A stretch of DNA of 63,836 bases, the filler included, from Squatina squatina (taxonomy: Eukaryota), in assembly GCA_031763465.1 (NCBI GenBank). It is 4 parts of 4 records of this genome, joined end to end, with 100 filler letters (N's around TTAATTAATTAA, not from the genome) between each part and the next. Parts side by side here need not be neighbours in the genome. Positions count along the whole stretch, not along the records: positions 1 to 21,988 come from JARFOE010000219.1; positions 22,089 to 36,687 come from JARFOE010000194.1; 2 more parts are not named here. The stretch is one strand, 5' to 3'. Shown in pieces: positions 12,673 to 25,990 of the stretch; the stretch's first letter is position 1; every line of letters begins with the position of its first letter. The notes beneath the pieces were generated by a model. It searched no databases. It was not told where the DNA came from and worked only from the letters and a program-made list of their open reading frames with translations. The position numbers and the translations under genes are program-made.

Positions 12673-15600
12673 TCATAGCCTCCCCTGCCGCAGATTCCCC
12701 TTCTTCGCTCCTGCAAGACTGCCCCCAAATCCCCTCCCCACTGCTGACCTAGAAGGCAGCATGCGGCCAAAGTTCACTCAACCTTTAGCAGTTGGCACCC
12801 GCTCTGTGCCCATTGTGGCAAGGATGCGGACTGGCCTCCCTACAAATAAGGTGACCTGCCTTTGACCCTGTAACTCTGGTGGGCTCAGCGTTGGAGGGCG
12901 CTGTCCGAGCACTGCTGCCACGATTGCGTCCCGAGAATTTTCAGGCACAGCTTCTGCAAATAAAAGATGCCTGCTGTCTCCTCTTCCCAGAGAGAAATCA
13001 AACAAAACACTAGATCCCATCCATCACCCATTATACATAATGGTCACTTCGTGCAACATTGCTTAATGAGTAGAAGTCTGGTTAAAATAAAATCCTTATG
13101 TGCACTCATAAACACTGAGATAGACATATGTTTGGTGCAGTTTCCATCTGTCCTCATTAGCAAGAAGCAGAGTCTGATAAGATTCAGTCCATTATCATGT
13201 TTATTGATTTTATGATGAAATGTTGCCTGTTCAGCTGACCAATTAATATTCAAATGCATACAAGTTAACTGTCTGTACACTACATGCAGCGGAGTTTCTT
13301 GGAATATGTTTAGAAAAATTGCCTCTTTTTGGATTTATGGGCTCAGTGCAGGCACACTGTATGCATCTAAAAGTTATTTATATTTGTTAAATTATAGCAA
13401 GTGTGCAAGCATGTTAGCTTTTTAAACATTCGATCTGATATCACCTTTTTCACTCTCTGACAGCTGAGTGCACCCGATCCCATAATCCCACAGCTAGTAC
13501 AGGGGATTGCTATGTAATCCCGATATCTGGAGCACAGTAGCACTCACATTACTAGTTTTTATAGTTAATTGGCTCCGGCTTTCCTTTCAAAAGATTTTGC
13601 CCTAAATCTTCCCACTCAAATGCCAAGATCAGTCTGAAAATTTTTCTTACAGATAACTGTTTCAGTGACAGGCTTTCCTGAAAAAATCTTTGAGTAGTTG
13701 AGGCAGCCTGTGGTTTGAAATCACAAGATATTTCTTGCAGCGCAGTATGTTGTACTGGTTAATTCTAGTTTTGAATTGGTTAAAATTTGCTGTCTTAAAA
13801 TACTTCGGTGCACTATGGGGTAGATTCACACTGGAGCCACTGTAGGAAACAGGGTGATCGTGCCCCTAAAATGGTGGGGAAAAGCTTGCTGCCCAGGTAG
13901 CTCCGCACCATCCATCTGCCAACTTCGAAAAATAAATGTTATTACAAGAGGATTTGATTACAAGNNNNNNNNNNNNNNNNNNNNNNNNNNNNNNNNNNNN
14001 NNNNNNNNNNNNNNNNNNNNNNNNNNNNNNNNNNNNNNNNNNNNNNNNNNNNNNNNNNNNNNNNCCTCACTGACCTAGGTGGCAACAGCCCTCTAAAACT
14101 AATCCTTCCGGCAGCTGGTCTTAAAGTTTGAATAATTTTGTGTTTATTTATCAACCAGCAGATTCAGAATTGTATTTCTAGTGGGAATACAGATGCTGCA
14201 TGCCAACCAATCAGTGGGCAACTCTCAGGCTGCTGATCAGCCTGCACTCTGCAGGCTTGTGCCAGTCCAGCCAGGCAAATCAAAGAGGGCCAATGCAAGG
14301 AAGATTTCTGTTACCAGTGCAATAAAGTGGGACACATAGAGCAAGTTTCTGGTCTGAAAGAGGTACCATGGTCTAATTAGGGAGGCTCATTGCAACTGTG
14401 AGATACAAGACTNNNNNNNNNNCTGGGTGCTGCAACGACCTGCCAGCATTCTTACACCTGGTCACAGGGAACAAGTGGCAAACAGAAGGTTTGCATGATG
14501 CAGCTGTAGTCTGACACTAGTATGCTGATATATCTCATATGTTAATAGCGTGAGATAAAGTAAGGTGGGAGTGGGCTCGTGTGGAACATACACACTGGCA
14601 TAGACCTATTGGGCTGAATAGCCTGTTTCTGTGCTGCAAAATTCTTTTGTTCTATGTAGTACAACTGTATCTGGTGCAGAGAAATCAGTTTACAGAGGTC
14701 AAGATTACTCACATTCATAGTTTTTGGAGAAACATAACCTCAGCCAAAGTATGTCTACAATTCCAGCGCTAGAAATAGGAGTCTCAGCAATAGTGTCATT
14801 TAAGGTTTTGCTAAAGAAAGATTTGGATGATGGCCAACTTACTGAATAAAAGAAGGTAAGGCTGGAACAAAGAATCTGTCCCGCACAAAGCCCGTTCATT
14901 GAGTTGTGGTGACTGCTGATGGTGTCTTGCATAGGCAGAGGCTTCACCTGCCTGAATACAATCAGATGGTCCATCTGTCCACACATATGGGGCCTGCTGT
15001 TCTAACTCCCAGCACAGTAAAGGCGCGTGGAGTGCCATCACGTCACCTGTAAGTGTTAATCAGTATATGGTTGCTCAGAGGAGCCTGAGCAGTGTGAGTG
15101 AGCCACACAGGGCAGGATAACGTTCAGCTTTCTGATCCTACATGGAGGACTTCATGGAGTTAGAAGGATATTGATATTGTAGTATGGTCAGAGCTGACAA
15201 AATCATTTTAACTGCCCAAAATGCTGTCAGTTCATTAAGGGCAGCCAGTGCAGTCTAATGGCAATCTAACGATACTTGTCGTCCATCACAGTAGCATTAT
15301 TCATCTTGCCTGTTTAAGGGAAGAATTCTGAAGGAGTCGGGCTCATATGGTTAGCACATTAGCTGACAGCAGAGCAAACTTCGCATGGGGGCATGGTTGC
15401 ATCAGGTAGGTGATGGTCATATGTATGGGGACTGCCAGTAATGAAGCCCATACAACGCATTCAACCACTGTTGCCAGACAGAACTGGGCAGCATAAGGCC
15501 ATTTGTTTCAAGGTTAAACATGGATACGATGATGCCAACCAGCCAGGCAATGCCCACCACTATGCCAGAGTGTGTGGGGCCATGAACATATAAGAGCTGT

Positions 15601-17497
15601 TGGATATTCATAAAGCTAGTTCCTCAGGCAGGATTCCATGTGTCCTATGGTGTCCAGGAACTTGGGTAGTTTAGCCTTAGCAAGATGCTGTGAATGCAGA
15701 TCTCACCAGTTCTACAGCAAGTATCATCTTCACTGGGAGTGGGGAGGGGTGGGACGGAAGTCATGTGACAGATTTGAGGTCTGTCCAGTTTCATTTCATA
15801 AGAGTTCCAGTGCACTTTGCTTAAGTTAATTTGAGCCCATCCATATTTGCAGGCTCACTTCATTAGCCTAGACCCAATGCACACTAGGTGCAGGCTTGCC
15901 CCTTCTGTAGGCTTGAGTGGCCTGCAGAAGTGGTAATGGGCATCAGCTTCAAGGCCTTCCAATTGCTGCCCGGAAACAGCAGCAAGATAGCCGCCACCTC
16001 TAATTCCATAGTCCTAAAATTAAAAAGAATTTATATTTTTGGTGCTCAGGTCTTTGCTGCCTGTCACTCGGAGTGGAGCTGGGCGCAGGTAACTAAGGCC
16101 CACTTTCTCTGGAGGCCCCTCAAAGGGCACTCTTCCAGGACTGGGGGAGGAAAAGTGAGGCAGTAGGGCCCACTTTGCCTTGTAATGTATTGTTTCAGTA
16201 AATTTGCTGTATTACAGGGATGAGTGAAATACTGTTATATTTAGAGTTCAGTGTGACTGTGGTAAACATCAGAAACTGGTCTCCAGTTTTCAGCCTACCC
16301 CCGAACAACACCATGGGACAGCTACTTCTTTATTGCAGATATCCTTTGGATTATTGGATTAAGATACACTTGAATTTCAGAATTAATTTCATAAATAATC
16401 TATTCAATTATTTTATTTGCAGTTTTATTAGGGCGGAGAATAAGAAAGCTAAGGAATGAACTACTGTTTCACTATATTTTACTTGTATTTTTAATAAATT
16501 TAACGTAAAAAGAGGCTGTAATGCTAGAGATATCAGATTTTGCTTCTTATGTTCTTATTTAATTTGAAAGACTTTGTGAAATAATGCTTAGAACAACAAA
16601 TTTAATTTTCACACAGCCCTGAATAGTGCAGTATTTTTAATTCTATCAAATGCCCCATTGGAACAGGTGGTGGAGCATCTGCCTCCTATCCAGATGGTTG
16701 AAAACTTCTGTCCCACTGTACCATCACTTGTGCTCACCTGGTAAGTTTAGTCAATGTTCCACTGGGGCTCTAGTTAGATTGCCATGACATGAAGAGTATG
16801 CTCAATCTTGGAGATCAGACAAGCTACAATTGTTGGCTTTTCCCACTGTGAGTGCATCACTTGTCAGCAAACTGCAGAGCTGTATTGACGAGGCTGTGGA
16901 GAATGAATGGCCCAGATTGTCTTGTCTTCCTAGCTGAGGAATGAAATGTTTTTCTTCTTTCCACTCAGTCACAGTTGGCCATTTTCCCGTCATAGGCTGC
17001 AATTCCGCAGCTAGTACACCAACAATTGCCCAGAGCATATGGCAGAAGCAGTTGTGTCTGCTGATTTTGCCTTAAACTCCTTTTCCCCTCAGGGTGGTGG
17101 ACCACCTGAAAATCAACCTTCTCATCTTGTGCTCATTTTAGAATGATGTAGAAAACCAGGATGAGCCTCAGCATGGGCAGGAATAAATTTCCTTTATTTC
17201 TATTATAATGAATGAGCAAGGGGTTGTAGATAATGATAATGGCCTGAGCAGTGCAAAGTGGGGTCACTTTTACCCTTAAACTGCATCACTGTGGGCTAAC
17301 CAGTCTCCTCCTGCAAGCTCCTGGAGGAGCTCTCCACCAGCAGCATTTGAGGAGCAGAGGACATCACAAGTGCAGCTGGAGCAACATTCTTATTTTACTG
17401 TGTGTGCGGAACAATAAAGTTCTGCAAGTAGAAATACCACTTAAAATCCTCTCTACCATGTAAAAAATCTTTATCTACTGTTTCTTAAAAGGATGTC

Positions 17498-17551
17498 TAG
17501 AACATAGAACATAGAACATAGAAAATACAGCACATAACAGGCCCTTCGGCC
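17498..17551 (-). mobile_element. CR1 3' tail
   Basis: (AGAACAT)n followed by AGAAAATACAGCACATAACAGGCCCTTCGGCC. Confidence 0.7.
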
Positions 17552-17651
17552 NNNNNNNNNNNNNNNNNNNNNNNNNNNNNNNNNNNNNNNNNNNNNNNNN
17601 NNNNNNNNNNNNNNNNNNNNNNNNNNNNNNNNNNNNNNNNNNNNNNNNNNN

Positions 17652-17880
17652 ACGAATTCGGTCACTGAACCTTTTTCTACATTGCGTCGGGTTCCTTGAC
17701 TCTACCTCGGAGGCGGAGACTTTGGCTGCTATCTCAGCCCAGGAGGCCCTGTGTACAGCTGGGGCATCCCTTTTCCCAGATGCTAGGAGGAGCTGCCCTC
17801 TCCTCCTCTCCACCCCAGAGATGAGTACATTGAGTGCCTCATCCGAAAACCTACGGCTCCTGGTAACACCTGACATTTTT
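17652..17880 (-). pseudogene. Harbinger Myb/SANT-like gene remnant
   Basis: RSRRFSDEALNVLISGVERRRGQL...WAEIAAKVSASEVESRNPTQCRKRFSD. Confidence 0.8.
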
Positions 17881-19929
17881 CAAAATGTTCAGCCCAAACA
17901 AGCTGCAGAAGGGTGACTGTGCTGTAACTCTATCAAGTGTTCCCAAGTCAGGTATGATGTGAGATACAATTCAGATCTGTTTTGCAGATCTACCTCTTCT
18001 AAGAAGGAAATTGCAATGCTTTGAACACATTCAGCTATTTATGACTAATTTTATCCAGTGGTGAAACTATTTGTAGGAATGGTTTATGGTCAATTAATCT
18101 AATCAGGGCTAACACTGGTTCAGCAAAGAAACATTCTTCACACGATGCAACTCACTGCTGTTGTTCATAAATGTTAGAATAATTTATTAATAAAAATGGT
18201 ATGATATTGAGAGAGGAGACAAACCTCCCATTTAGAGTAATTCATTGTGGATGATATTATAACCTTGTTCTAAAATTTCACTGAATTAATGATTCTGTCA
18301 AATTATGGTAATGTGCAGAGCTTGAGCACAACAATGAAAAATGAAAGTTCTGGTTCTCATCTTTCAGGACAACATAGGTTTGGGTTATCCATTTGAATCT
18401 GTTCAGTCATCTGTATATCTTGGAACCGTAGTAGCATGTGACAGCCTCAAAAGTCCCAAAAATATGTTGTAGAATTGGAATTGCATTGATTTTCTCTCAG
18501 TTATTTTTTATGGGATCATCAAGCAGCATCTTGTGTTTTCAAAAGCAATGATGCAGAGCCTTATTACTAACAACTTATTTTGAGATATGACCAGCCACCA
18601 TAAGCCAGTTAGTATCAATATCAGGGTCATACCACCTACATTTGTTGCGATAATAAGCACTTTGCATCAACCACTAATGTGTATCTTAAAGGCTTGCCCA
18701 TTTGTGAATTAAATGAGCATGTGGAAAAATTGGTGTGTGATAGAGAATTGTCAAAACAGCAATGAAATAAACAGTAGAGAACACGATAGAAACACTTGAT
18801 AGGTGNNNNNNNNNNNNNNNNNNNNNNNNNNNNNNNNNNNNNNNNNNNNNNNNNNNNNNNNNNNNNNNNNNNNNNNNNNNNNNNNNNNNNNNNNNNNNNN
18901 NNNNNATCTCTGCCAGTTTTAACGCTTTCCTGTGTCACTTTTCTGGCTTACAAGGCAGTCCATTTTTCCTACGGGATTTTTACATTAAACAGTCCAATAT
19001 TACGAAAAGCTGGAAAAAGCTGGTGCTACAATATATCCACTTTCCAAAAACTAGGTACCAGGCTTTTACTTTGCTATTGAGCTGGAGGAGAAAATAGCAA
19101 TTTTATCAGTTCAGACTAAACTCACATTCAATTGGAAGCCATTTGTTCAGTCTCACTGGATCTATCTATTCTAGATCATTCTATTTCTATAGCAATTTAA
19201 GTGCACAGATACTCGCTGGCCGGCTGATTTTCAATTCATGAAACAAGAAACTGGTTTGTTACAAAAAAGACAAAAAGAACTTTTAAATTCAACTTTTTTC
19301 TTGCTTTCACAAGTGAATTGATTTTAACCCTTTCTGGGCCAAAAACGCAGACGTTCCATATGTTCCACATGCTGTTTTTGCAACTAACACTTTAACGGTA
19401 AAAGTTTAGGGAAGGCAAAGAAAATTCAAGTTTACATTCATTGTTTTAAACTGAATTTATACAGCACCATAAAAACTATCGAGAACTAATGCAGNNNNNN
19501 NNNNNNNNNNNNNNNNNNNNNNNNNNNNNNNNNNNNNNNNNNNNNNNNNNNNNNNNNNNNNNNNNNNNNNNNNNNNNNNNNNNNNNNNNNNNNNGGCTCC
19601 CTACTCTGTGTTAGGGCTTGTTCACCTCTCCTGCGAGAGAGTAGGGAGTGTGTTTGTGTTAGCCTGGTGAGATGTTTTGAGGATGTGCATATCAGGGTAG
19701 AATAGTGTTGCTGGTGTGTGAAAGATGGCCTACATGTGAGGAGGTGAGGGAAGTAATACTGAGGAGAGTAGCAGGTGCAGAGTGCTGCAGTAGCAGCAAA
19801 AGAAGATGGAGTGAAGAATGTTGGTGATTGGGGAGAGTGGTGGGAAGTAGGGGGAGAGAAGTGTTTAAAAGCTGGGGCTACAGGAAGTTCAGGGCTAAGC
19901 AGAAAGTAGTGAGAGATATGAGTTAGGAG

Positions 19930-20170
19930 TCTTGCCTCAGGAGCCCTTGTCATGTCATTAAACTTTTTCTGCATTGCTGCCAGGTCCTTGGAGCAATGCT
20001 TCTGGCGCAGACCTGCTCCATCTCTTCTGCTTTCTGTGACCAGGATACCTTCTTGCCACTGGGTGGAAAGATGAAGTCCCTCCTCCTGCTGACGTCCTTC
20101 ACCAGCACCTCCAAAGCTGCATCTGAAAGGCAGGGAGCCCTTCCAGTATCTTTTCTGCCTGCCATTTCAA
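19930..20170 (-). pseudogene. Harbinger Myb/SANT-like gene remnant
   Basis: GRAPCLSDAALEVLVKDVSRRRDFIFPP...ARSIAPRTWQQC / KKFNDMTR. Confidence 0.8.
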
Positions 20171-21096
20171 TGGTGTTGAGAATAAAACTGATTGCAGCAA
20201 CAGTGCACTTCTCCTTGAAGAGGTGCTGGCTGCCTTTAGCTGACACCAGCAACGTAAGATTTTGTACCTCCTACCCCCGTTAGGAGTAGCGGACAATAAG
20301 CCGTTAAAGATGAGGTGCCTTTTACTGAACCCATTCAGTAGAGGAGGGCACTGATGGTTGTAATCCAAGCATAATTGCTGGAAAAGTAGCTCATACATGC
20401 TTTTGTGGCTTTTCTGTTTGAGAAATGGACNNNNNNNNNNNNNNNNNNNNNNNNNNNNNNNNNNNNNNNNNNNNNNNNNNNNNNNNNNNNNNNNNNNNNN
20501 NNNNNNNNNNNNNNNNNNNNNNNNNNNNNNTTTAAGGACAGCAAGGGGATCATTTTGTTGCAAAGGGCAACACTCCTAAGGATCATTAAAATCAAGATTG
20601 TTGTTGTTGAACTAATTGAATTGCTAACCTATTTGATAAGATGAGTTGTAAGCAGGAAGAAAGCTAGGTCAAGAGACGTTGCTTTCTACCCTCGGAGATT
20701 GATTAGTAATAGCAATGTGCAGTGTAGTGTGAAACAGCAACTGTGACTTATGTCAGCATCGCTCATTCATCTGTTCACTCAATACCATGAAAAGATTAAA
20801 TTTCAGGATAAATTTGACATTAATATTTTACCACATATTTCCAAACCAGTACAAAAGTGAGTGGAAAAGTTTGATCTAAAATGATTTTATGGAAAATAAA
20901 TGAATTATAAAAGACCAACACTTTTGGCGATTGAGCCATTCACTGTGAAGAATTCCAGAGTTCCAGCTCTTGTAGTTTGATCTTGTTTATTATTGGCCAG
21001 TTCTATTACTGTCTGATCTTTTCCACTCTGCACTGATTCCATCTGTTACACTTTCATCTCTTCCATCATGCAAGTTTTCTTGCAGCCTGATTTATT

Positions 21097-21280
21097 TCAC
21101 TGTTCACTGGCTCTGCTCACTGCCCACTGCCCCTGGTCACTGGCCTTGGTCACTGCTCACTGGCTCTGCTCACTGGCCCCGCTCACTGGTCACTGGCTCT
21201 GGTCGCTGATCACTGCTCACTGGCCCTGGCCACTGGCCCTGCTCACTGGTTACTGGCCCTGGTCAATTCACTGTTCACTG
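21097..21280. repeat. Degenerate short-period tandem repeat (CACTGGC(C/T)CTG(G/C)T-like units)
   Basis: Repeated tcactggc/ctgctcactg units; explains the periodic ORF 21068..21289. Confidence 0.7.
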
Positions 21281-21988
21281 AGGCGTTAGAATTAACAACA
21301 ATCAAACTGTAATTAACTACAATCTCCGTAATGGCTATAACCATCTCCACCTCATCTTCGGATTGTTCAAAAGTGTGATCACTAAAACACAATTGCGGGA
21401 CCCCAGGATTGTCATCTTTTACCAAGTCTAAACCAGACAAGTAATGGAAAAGAACATGGCCAAATCTGAGAACATGACCTGCCTCCTAAAGCTTGATTTA
21501 CTCATGACAACAAGTCAGCAAAAACCTTTATAATCTCAGTAACTAACGGCTCCACATTGCGATATGTAGGGATGACATTTAATGGTCTTACAAATCTCCA
21601 GACGCTTTATTCATAAACCAGTTACAACCCCAATTGATTCCCTGGTTTGCAGCCATTTGGATACTGGGAGCTGACCCCGGAAAAGTATCTGTCACGCTCG
21701 GTCTACATTCAGGTGTTCCCCCTATAATTTTTTTTTAAAGCAGAAAAGGGATGTGCTACAACCAAGCAAAAGAAAAATCACCTGGCTAATTCACAAAAAC
21801 CACAAAGGTGAAGGAGGCCATTCAGGCCATTTAACACACCCTCGCATAGAAACCATCACACCATCCAACCACCTCTGAATGACTCTAAACGTTTTACCTC
21901 CAGTAGCCTAACCAAAGACCATTCCAGGTCCTGCTGACATTTTCCGTGAAGAAATACTTCCTGTCATCAACCCGGAAATTGCCTTTTT

Positions 21989-22088
21989 NNNNNNNNNNNN
22001 NNNNNNNNNNNNNNNNNNNNNNNNNNNNNNNNTTAATTAATTAANNNNNNNNNNNNNNNNNNNNNNNNNNNNNNNNNNNNNNNNNNNN
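21989..22088. other. Artificial scaffold spacer N44-TTAATTAATTAA-N44
   Basis: Exact 100-bp spacer; the 12-mer gives stop codons in all six frames. Confidence 0.95.
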
Positions 22089-22109
22089 CCGGACACACCT
22101 GATGATAGA

Positions 22110-22400
22110 AGTGCACAAACAGCAATTAAGGTGATTGGCAGAAGAACCAAAGGTGACATGAGGAAAAGCTTTTTTATTCAGCGAGTGGTTATGATCTGGA
22201 ATGCACTGCCTGAGAGGGTGATGGAGGCAGATTCAATCACGGCTTTCAAAAGGGAATTGGATAAATACCTGAAGGAAAAATATTTGCAGGGCCATGGAGA
22301 AAGGGCAGGGGAGTGGGATTAGCTGAGGTGCTCTTGCAGAGAGCTGGCACGGGCTGGACGGGCCGAATGGCCTCCTCCTGTGCTATAACCATTCTCTGAC
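22110..22400 (+). mobile_element. CR1 LINE 3' fragment (ORF2 C-terminus and UTR)
   Basis: VIGRRTKGDMRKSFFIQRVVMIWNALPERVMEADSITAFKRELDKYL. Confidence 0.85.
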
Positions 22401-22944
22401 TCTAGTTGTCTATCAGGGTGCCACGGCGGATCGATTTGGCTCAGTAGTGACGCCCGTTGGAGACAGCCGACCTATTCACAGGGCCATTGCCGCTCCCGCA
22501 CGGAATCTTCAAGGGTGCTGGCGTTGGTCATTAATTCAAGGCCTGTGGGTGATGAAAGAGTGTTGGTCACTCTCGGCCTGTCAGCACGGCAGCGCTAACT
22601 AATGATCTATGGTACAACAACCTGTTTTAATGAGCTCGTGTGTTGAAAAGAGAGGAGGTTCTTAAATTGCCAACGGGACAGGTTAAGAGTTTAGCAACGA
22701 GATTGAGTGGGTGTGAATTCATTTCGGATGATTATTGGCCATTAGGGACAGTGACCACACAAACTGATCGAGCATGTCCAATCAATATAGGAGGCCATCG
22801 TGCAATCGTCGAATCGATAGACATTAACACAAGCACGCACATCTGGGCCAGAGCAGACCACCTTGAGGACCAACTGCTGTCGTGTTACAGAGGGATTTTT
22901 CGAGAATTTTTCTGCTTTTTCCAGTTGTCTCCTCTTCCCGTGTC

Positions 22945-23470
22945 AGCTGTGACTCAGTTGGTAGCATTCTCCCCTGAGTCAGAAGGTTTGTGGGTTCACG
23001 TTTCACTCCCAGTGCCAGCACTGAGGGTGGTGCGCCGCACTGTCGGAGGGGCAGTACTGAGGGAGCGCCGCACTGTCAGAGGGACAGTGCTGAGGGAGCG
23101 CCGCACAGTCGGAGGGGCAGTACTGAGGGAGCGCCGCACTGTCGGAGGGGCAGTACTGAGGGAGCGCCGCACTGTCGGAGGGGCNNNNNNNNNNNNNNNN
23201 NNNNNNNNNNNNNNNNNNNNNNNNNNNNNNNNNNNNNNNNNNNNNNNNNNNNNNNNNNNNNNNNNNNNNNNNNNNNNNNNNNNNCCCAGTGCAGTACTGA
23301 GGGAGCGCTGCACTGTCAGAGGTGCCGTCTTTCGGATGAGACCTTAAACCGAGGCCCCATCTGCCCTCTCAGGTGGACGTAAAAGATTCCATGGCACTAT
23401 TTCGAAGAGCAGGGAGTTTTCCCCGGTGTCCTGGGACAATATTTATCCCTCAACCAACATCACCAAGAGA
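22945..23470 (+). mobile_element. SacSINE1-like DeuSINE with an internal 33-bp tandem expansion
   Basis: tRNA-like head (TGTGACTCAGTTGGTAGCA...GGGTTCA), tandem GTACTGAGGGAGCGCCGCACTGTCGGAGGGGCA units, then the Deu-domain-like GGTGCCGTCTTTCGGATGAGACCTTAAACCGAGGCCCC. Confidence 0.75.
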
Positions 23471-24669
23471 CCAGATTGCCTCGGCTTGTAATACCACTTT
23501 AAGAACAAATCGCTTTATTTAATGATTTTAATAAGCTCCAATAAATTCTGTTCTGTTGCTGCTTCCAGTGCTGTTTCACTGAAGTGTTTTGAGTTTGGCT
23601 GTTACTCTTGTTGTTGGGAGAGGTTTGATTGGAGACAGCAGGATTTGGGGGAATGCCATTCAGAGAGAATAGAGGAATTGTTCAGCTGCTCTGTGAAACT
23701 CTGGAACGTTGGAATATTTGTTGCAAAAAGGAAATTGCAGTGAAACAAGACTTTTGGCTTCATGTTTCACTGAGCTGTGTTCAGCAATGGCAAAGCGAGA
23801 GGGAACTGGGCACTTTTATTATAGAACCTGCGTATGATAAGTGAGTGAGAGCCTGAGACAAAAACAAAGGCTCCAGTGTACTGGCACTCAACAATTACAC
23901 TCAGTGGNNNNNNNNNNNNNNNNNNNNNNNNNNNNNNNNNNNNNNNNNNNNNNNNNNNNNNNNNNNNNNNNNNNNNNNNNNNNNNNNNNNNNNNNNNNNN
24001 NNNNNNNGCAGTTGCCTGCCTTTATTATCCAAATTCGCTCCCTTCCCCCCCCTCCCATCCACTCATACATAATCACTGATAATGGTTCATTGGGAAGGGG
24101 CGAGGGCATGTGAGTGACAACAGTGTTCACGAAAAGGAGGCCAGGTTCAGAGAATCCTATTCCTTTTGAAGGCCTGAGGCAAGTTTATCATTTTAATGAA
24201 GATCGTGCCCTTTTAATAGAGGTTGCCTGGACTCTCTGTAAGTGCTGTCTGTTCAATTAAGCTCTGTTCGTCAACCAATTTTACACGGCAGGATGGCACT
24301 GAGGCCCAGAGAGACAGATGCAGCTTTCTGATTACATTGTGAATCCTAATATATTTCAGGGCACAAGCCCCAAGTTCAATTTCTGCATTCACAAGTGCCA
24401 ATCTTACTCTATCCGGCTGGGGGAAGAGCAAATTGAACGAGAGTATTCCTTTATCCGAGCACTTGTAGACCTTCCCTCGGCTTAAGGATAAGCTAACAGC
24501 GGCAACAGCTTGCATTCGTTGCAGGAAATTATCACAGCGCTCCCCCCTCCGCACCATGCTTCCGAGTCTGGGGTCAGGAACAAGCAGGCGCTCGGAGTGC
24601 GGGTTAGGAGAGGTGGGCTGAGAACGTAGGTAGATCTACGGAGGTCTTCGGTAATGTCGGACGAGAAAG

Positions 24670-25190
24670 AAAGAAATAACTTGCATTACTACAGTGACCG
24701 CACTTTGAAAAGTGCTTCGTTGGCTGCAAAGTGCTTTGGGATGTCCTGAGGTTGAGAAAGGCGTGACAGAAATGCAAGTTCTTTCATTCTGTTGATGGTC
24801 AGCTCTCAGTCCAAGCAAGACCAACGGCAGCGATGGGATGAAAAAGTGAAGAGAGACTTGCATTTTTATAGCCCCTTTCTCAAGCTCAGGACATCCCAAA
24901 GCACTTTACAGCCAATGAAGTCATTGTTGTAATGTCGGAAACGCGGCAGCCAATTTGTGCACAGCAAGCTCCCACAAACAGCAATGTGACCATGACCAGA
25001 TAATCTGCTTTAGTGATGTTGGTTGAGGAATAAATATTGGCCTGGACACCAGGGAGAACTCCCCTGCCCTTCCTCAAAATAGTGCCATGGGATCTTTTAC
25101 TTCGGTTTAGCAATGGTTTCTCTGACAGTGCTGCACTCTCTCAGCACTGCACTGGAGTGTCAGCCTAGATTTTTGCGCTCAAGACTCTGA
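24670..25190 (-). mobile_element. SacSINE1-like / L2-tail fragments (at least two pieces, mixed orientation)
   Basis: Contains ACTTGCATTTTTATAGCCCCTTT..CAGGACATCCCAAAGCACTTTACAGCCAATGAAG and GTGATGTTGGTTGAGG..GTGCCATGGGATCTTTTAC, the reverse complement of the element at 22945. Confidence 0.7.
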
Positions 25191-25275
25191 AACACACCTA
25201 CTCCGATTTCCCACGATAAGTGCCACGGCAGATTGGTACGTGACGTATTGAACTAAAACACCTTTCTTAACCCAG

Positions 25276-25481
25276 AGAAGAAAAGTGCACTTGAGCCCAG
25301 AACAGGCCAGTGTGTTCTACGCCGAGCACAGCGGGAAGATGTTCTACCCCAGCCTGACCGCGCACCTCTGCTCTGGGCCGCTGGTGGCCATGATGCTCAC
25401 GAGACGCTCCGCCATCCAACAATGGAATGACCTGCTCGGGCCTTCAGACAGCGAGAAAGCAAAAGAAACACATCCCAAAAG
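25276..25481 (+). CDS. NME5: Coding exon of nucleoside diphosphate kinase homolog 5 (NME5 or NME5-like)
   Basis: Acceptor cccAG, donor GTGAGT, 206 nt. RRKVHLSPEQASVFYAEHSGKMFYPSLTAHLCSGPLVAMMLTRRSAIQQWNDLLGPSDSEKAKETHPK aligns without gaps to NME5 RRKLRLSPEQCSNFY...GKMFFPNLTAYMSSGPLVAM...AKETHP. Confidence 0.85.
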
Positions 25482-25494
25482 GTGAGTGATCCCG

Positions 25495-25990
25495 GAGCGG
25501 ATGGGGTATAAATGGAGGGGATCTACACCTGCCCTTATCCCAGCAGGGTATATATGGGGTACATATGGAGACAGTGTACACCCCTTATCCCAGTAGGATG
25601 GAGTATATATGGAGTTGCATACACGCCCCTTATCCCAGTAGGATGGGGTATATATGGAGTTGTATACACGCCCCTTATCCCAGTAGGATGGGGTATATAT
25701 AGAGTTGTGTACACCCCTTATCCCAGTAGGATGGAGTATATATGGAGTTGTATACATGCCCCTTACCCCAGTAGGGTGGGATATATATGGAGTTGTGTAC
25801 ACCCCTTATCCCAGTAGGATGGGGTATATGTGGAGTTGTGTACACCCCTTATCCCAGTAGGTTGGGGTATATGTGGAGTTGTGTACACCCCGTAACCCAG
25901 TAAGGTGGGATATATATGGAGTTGTGTACACCTCTTATCCCAGTAGGGGTGGGGTCTATATGGAGTTGTGTACACACCTTATCCCAGTAG
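25495..25990. repeat. Intronic minisatellite, 44-45 bp unit
   Basis: CCCCTTATCCCAGTAGGATGGGGTATATATGGAGTTGTATACACG recurs at 25581, 25626, 25671 and onward; runs into a gap. Confidence 0.9.

Noticed and set aside
16668-16741. Possible 74-nt exon with a GTAAGT donor (VVEHLPPIQMVENFCPTVPSLVLT)
   Set aside because: The acceptor is weak and there is no recognisable homology.
17475-17876. Myb/SANT ORFs as domesticated host genes (NAIF1/MSANTD)
   Set aside because: There are multiple decayed, frameshifted copies in transposon context and no sign of an intact gene.
22033-22044. Palindromic TTAATTAATTAA as a biological motif
   Set aside because: It is centred in exact N44 flanks three times, so it is an assembly linker.
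22640-23382. Long ORFs with repeated VLRERRTVGGA
   Set aside because: They are translations of the SINE-internal 33-bp tandem repeat.
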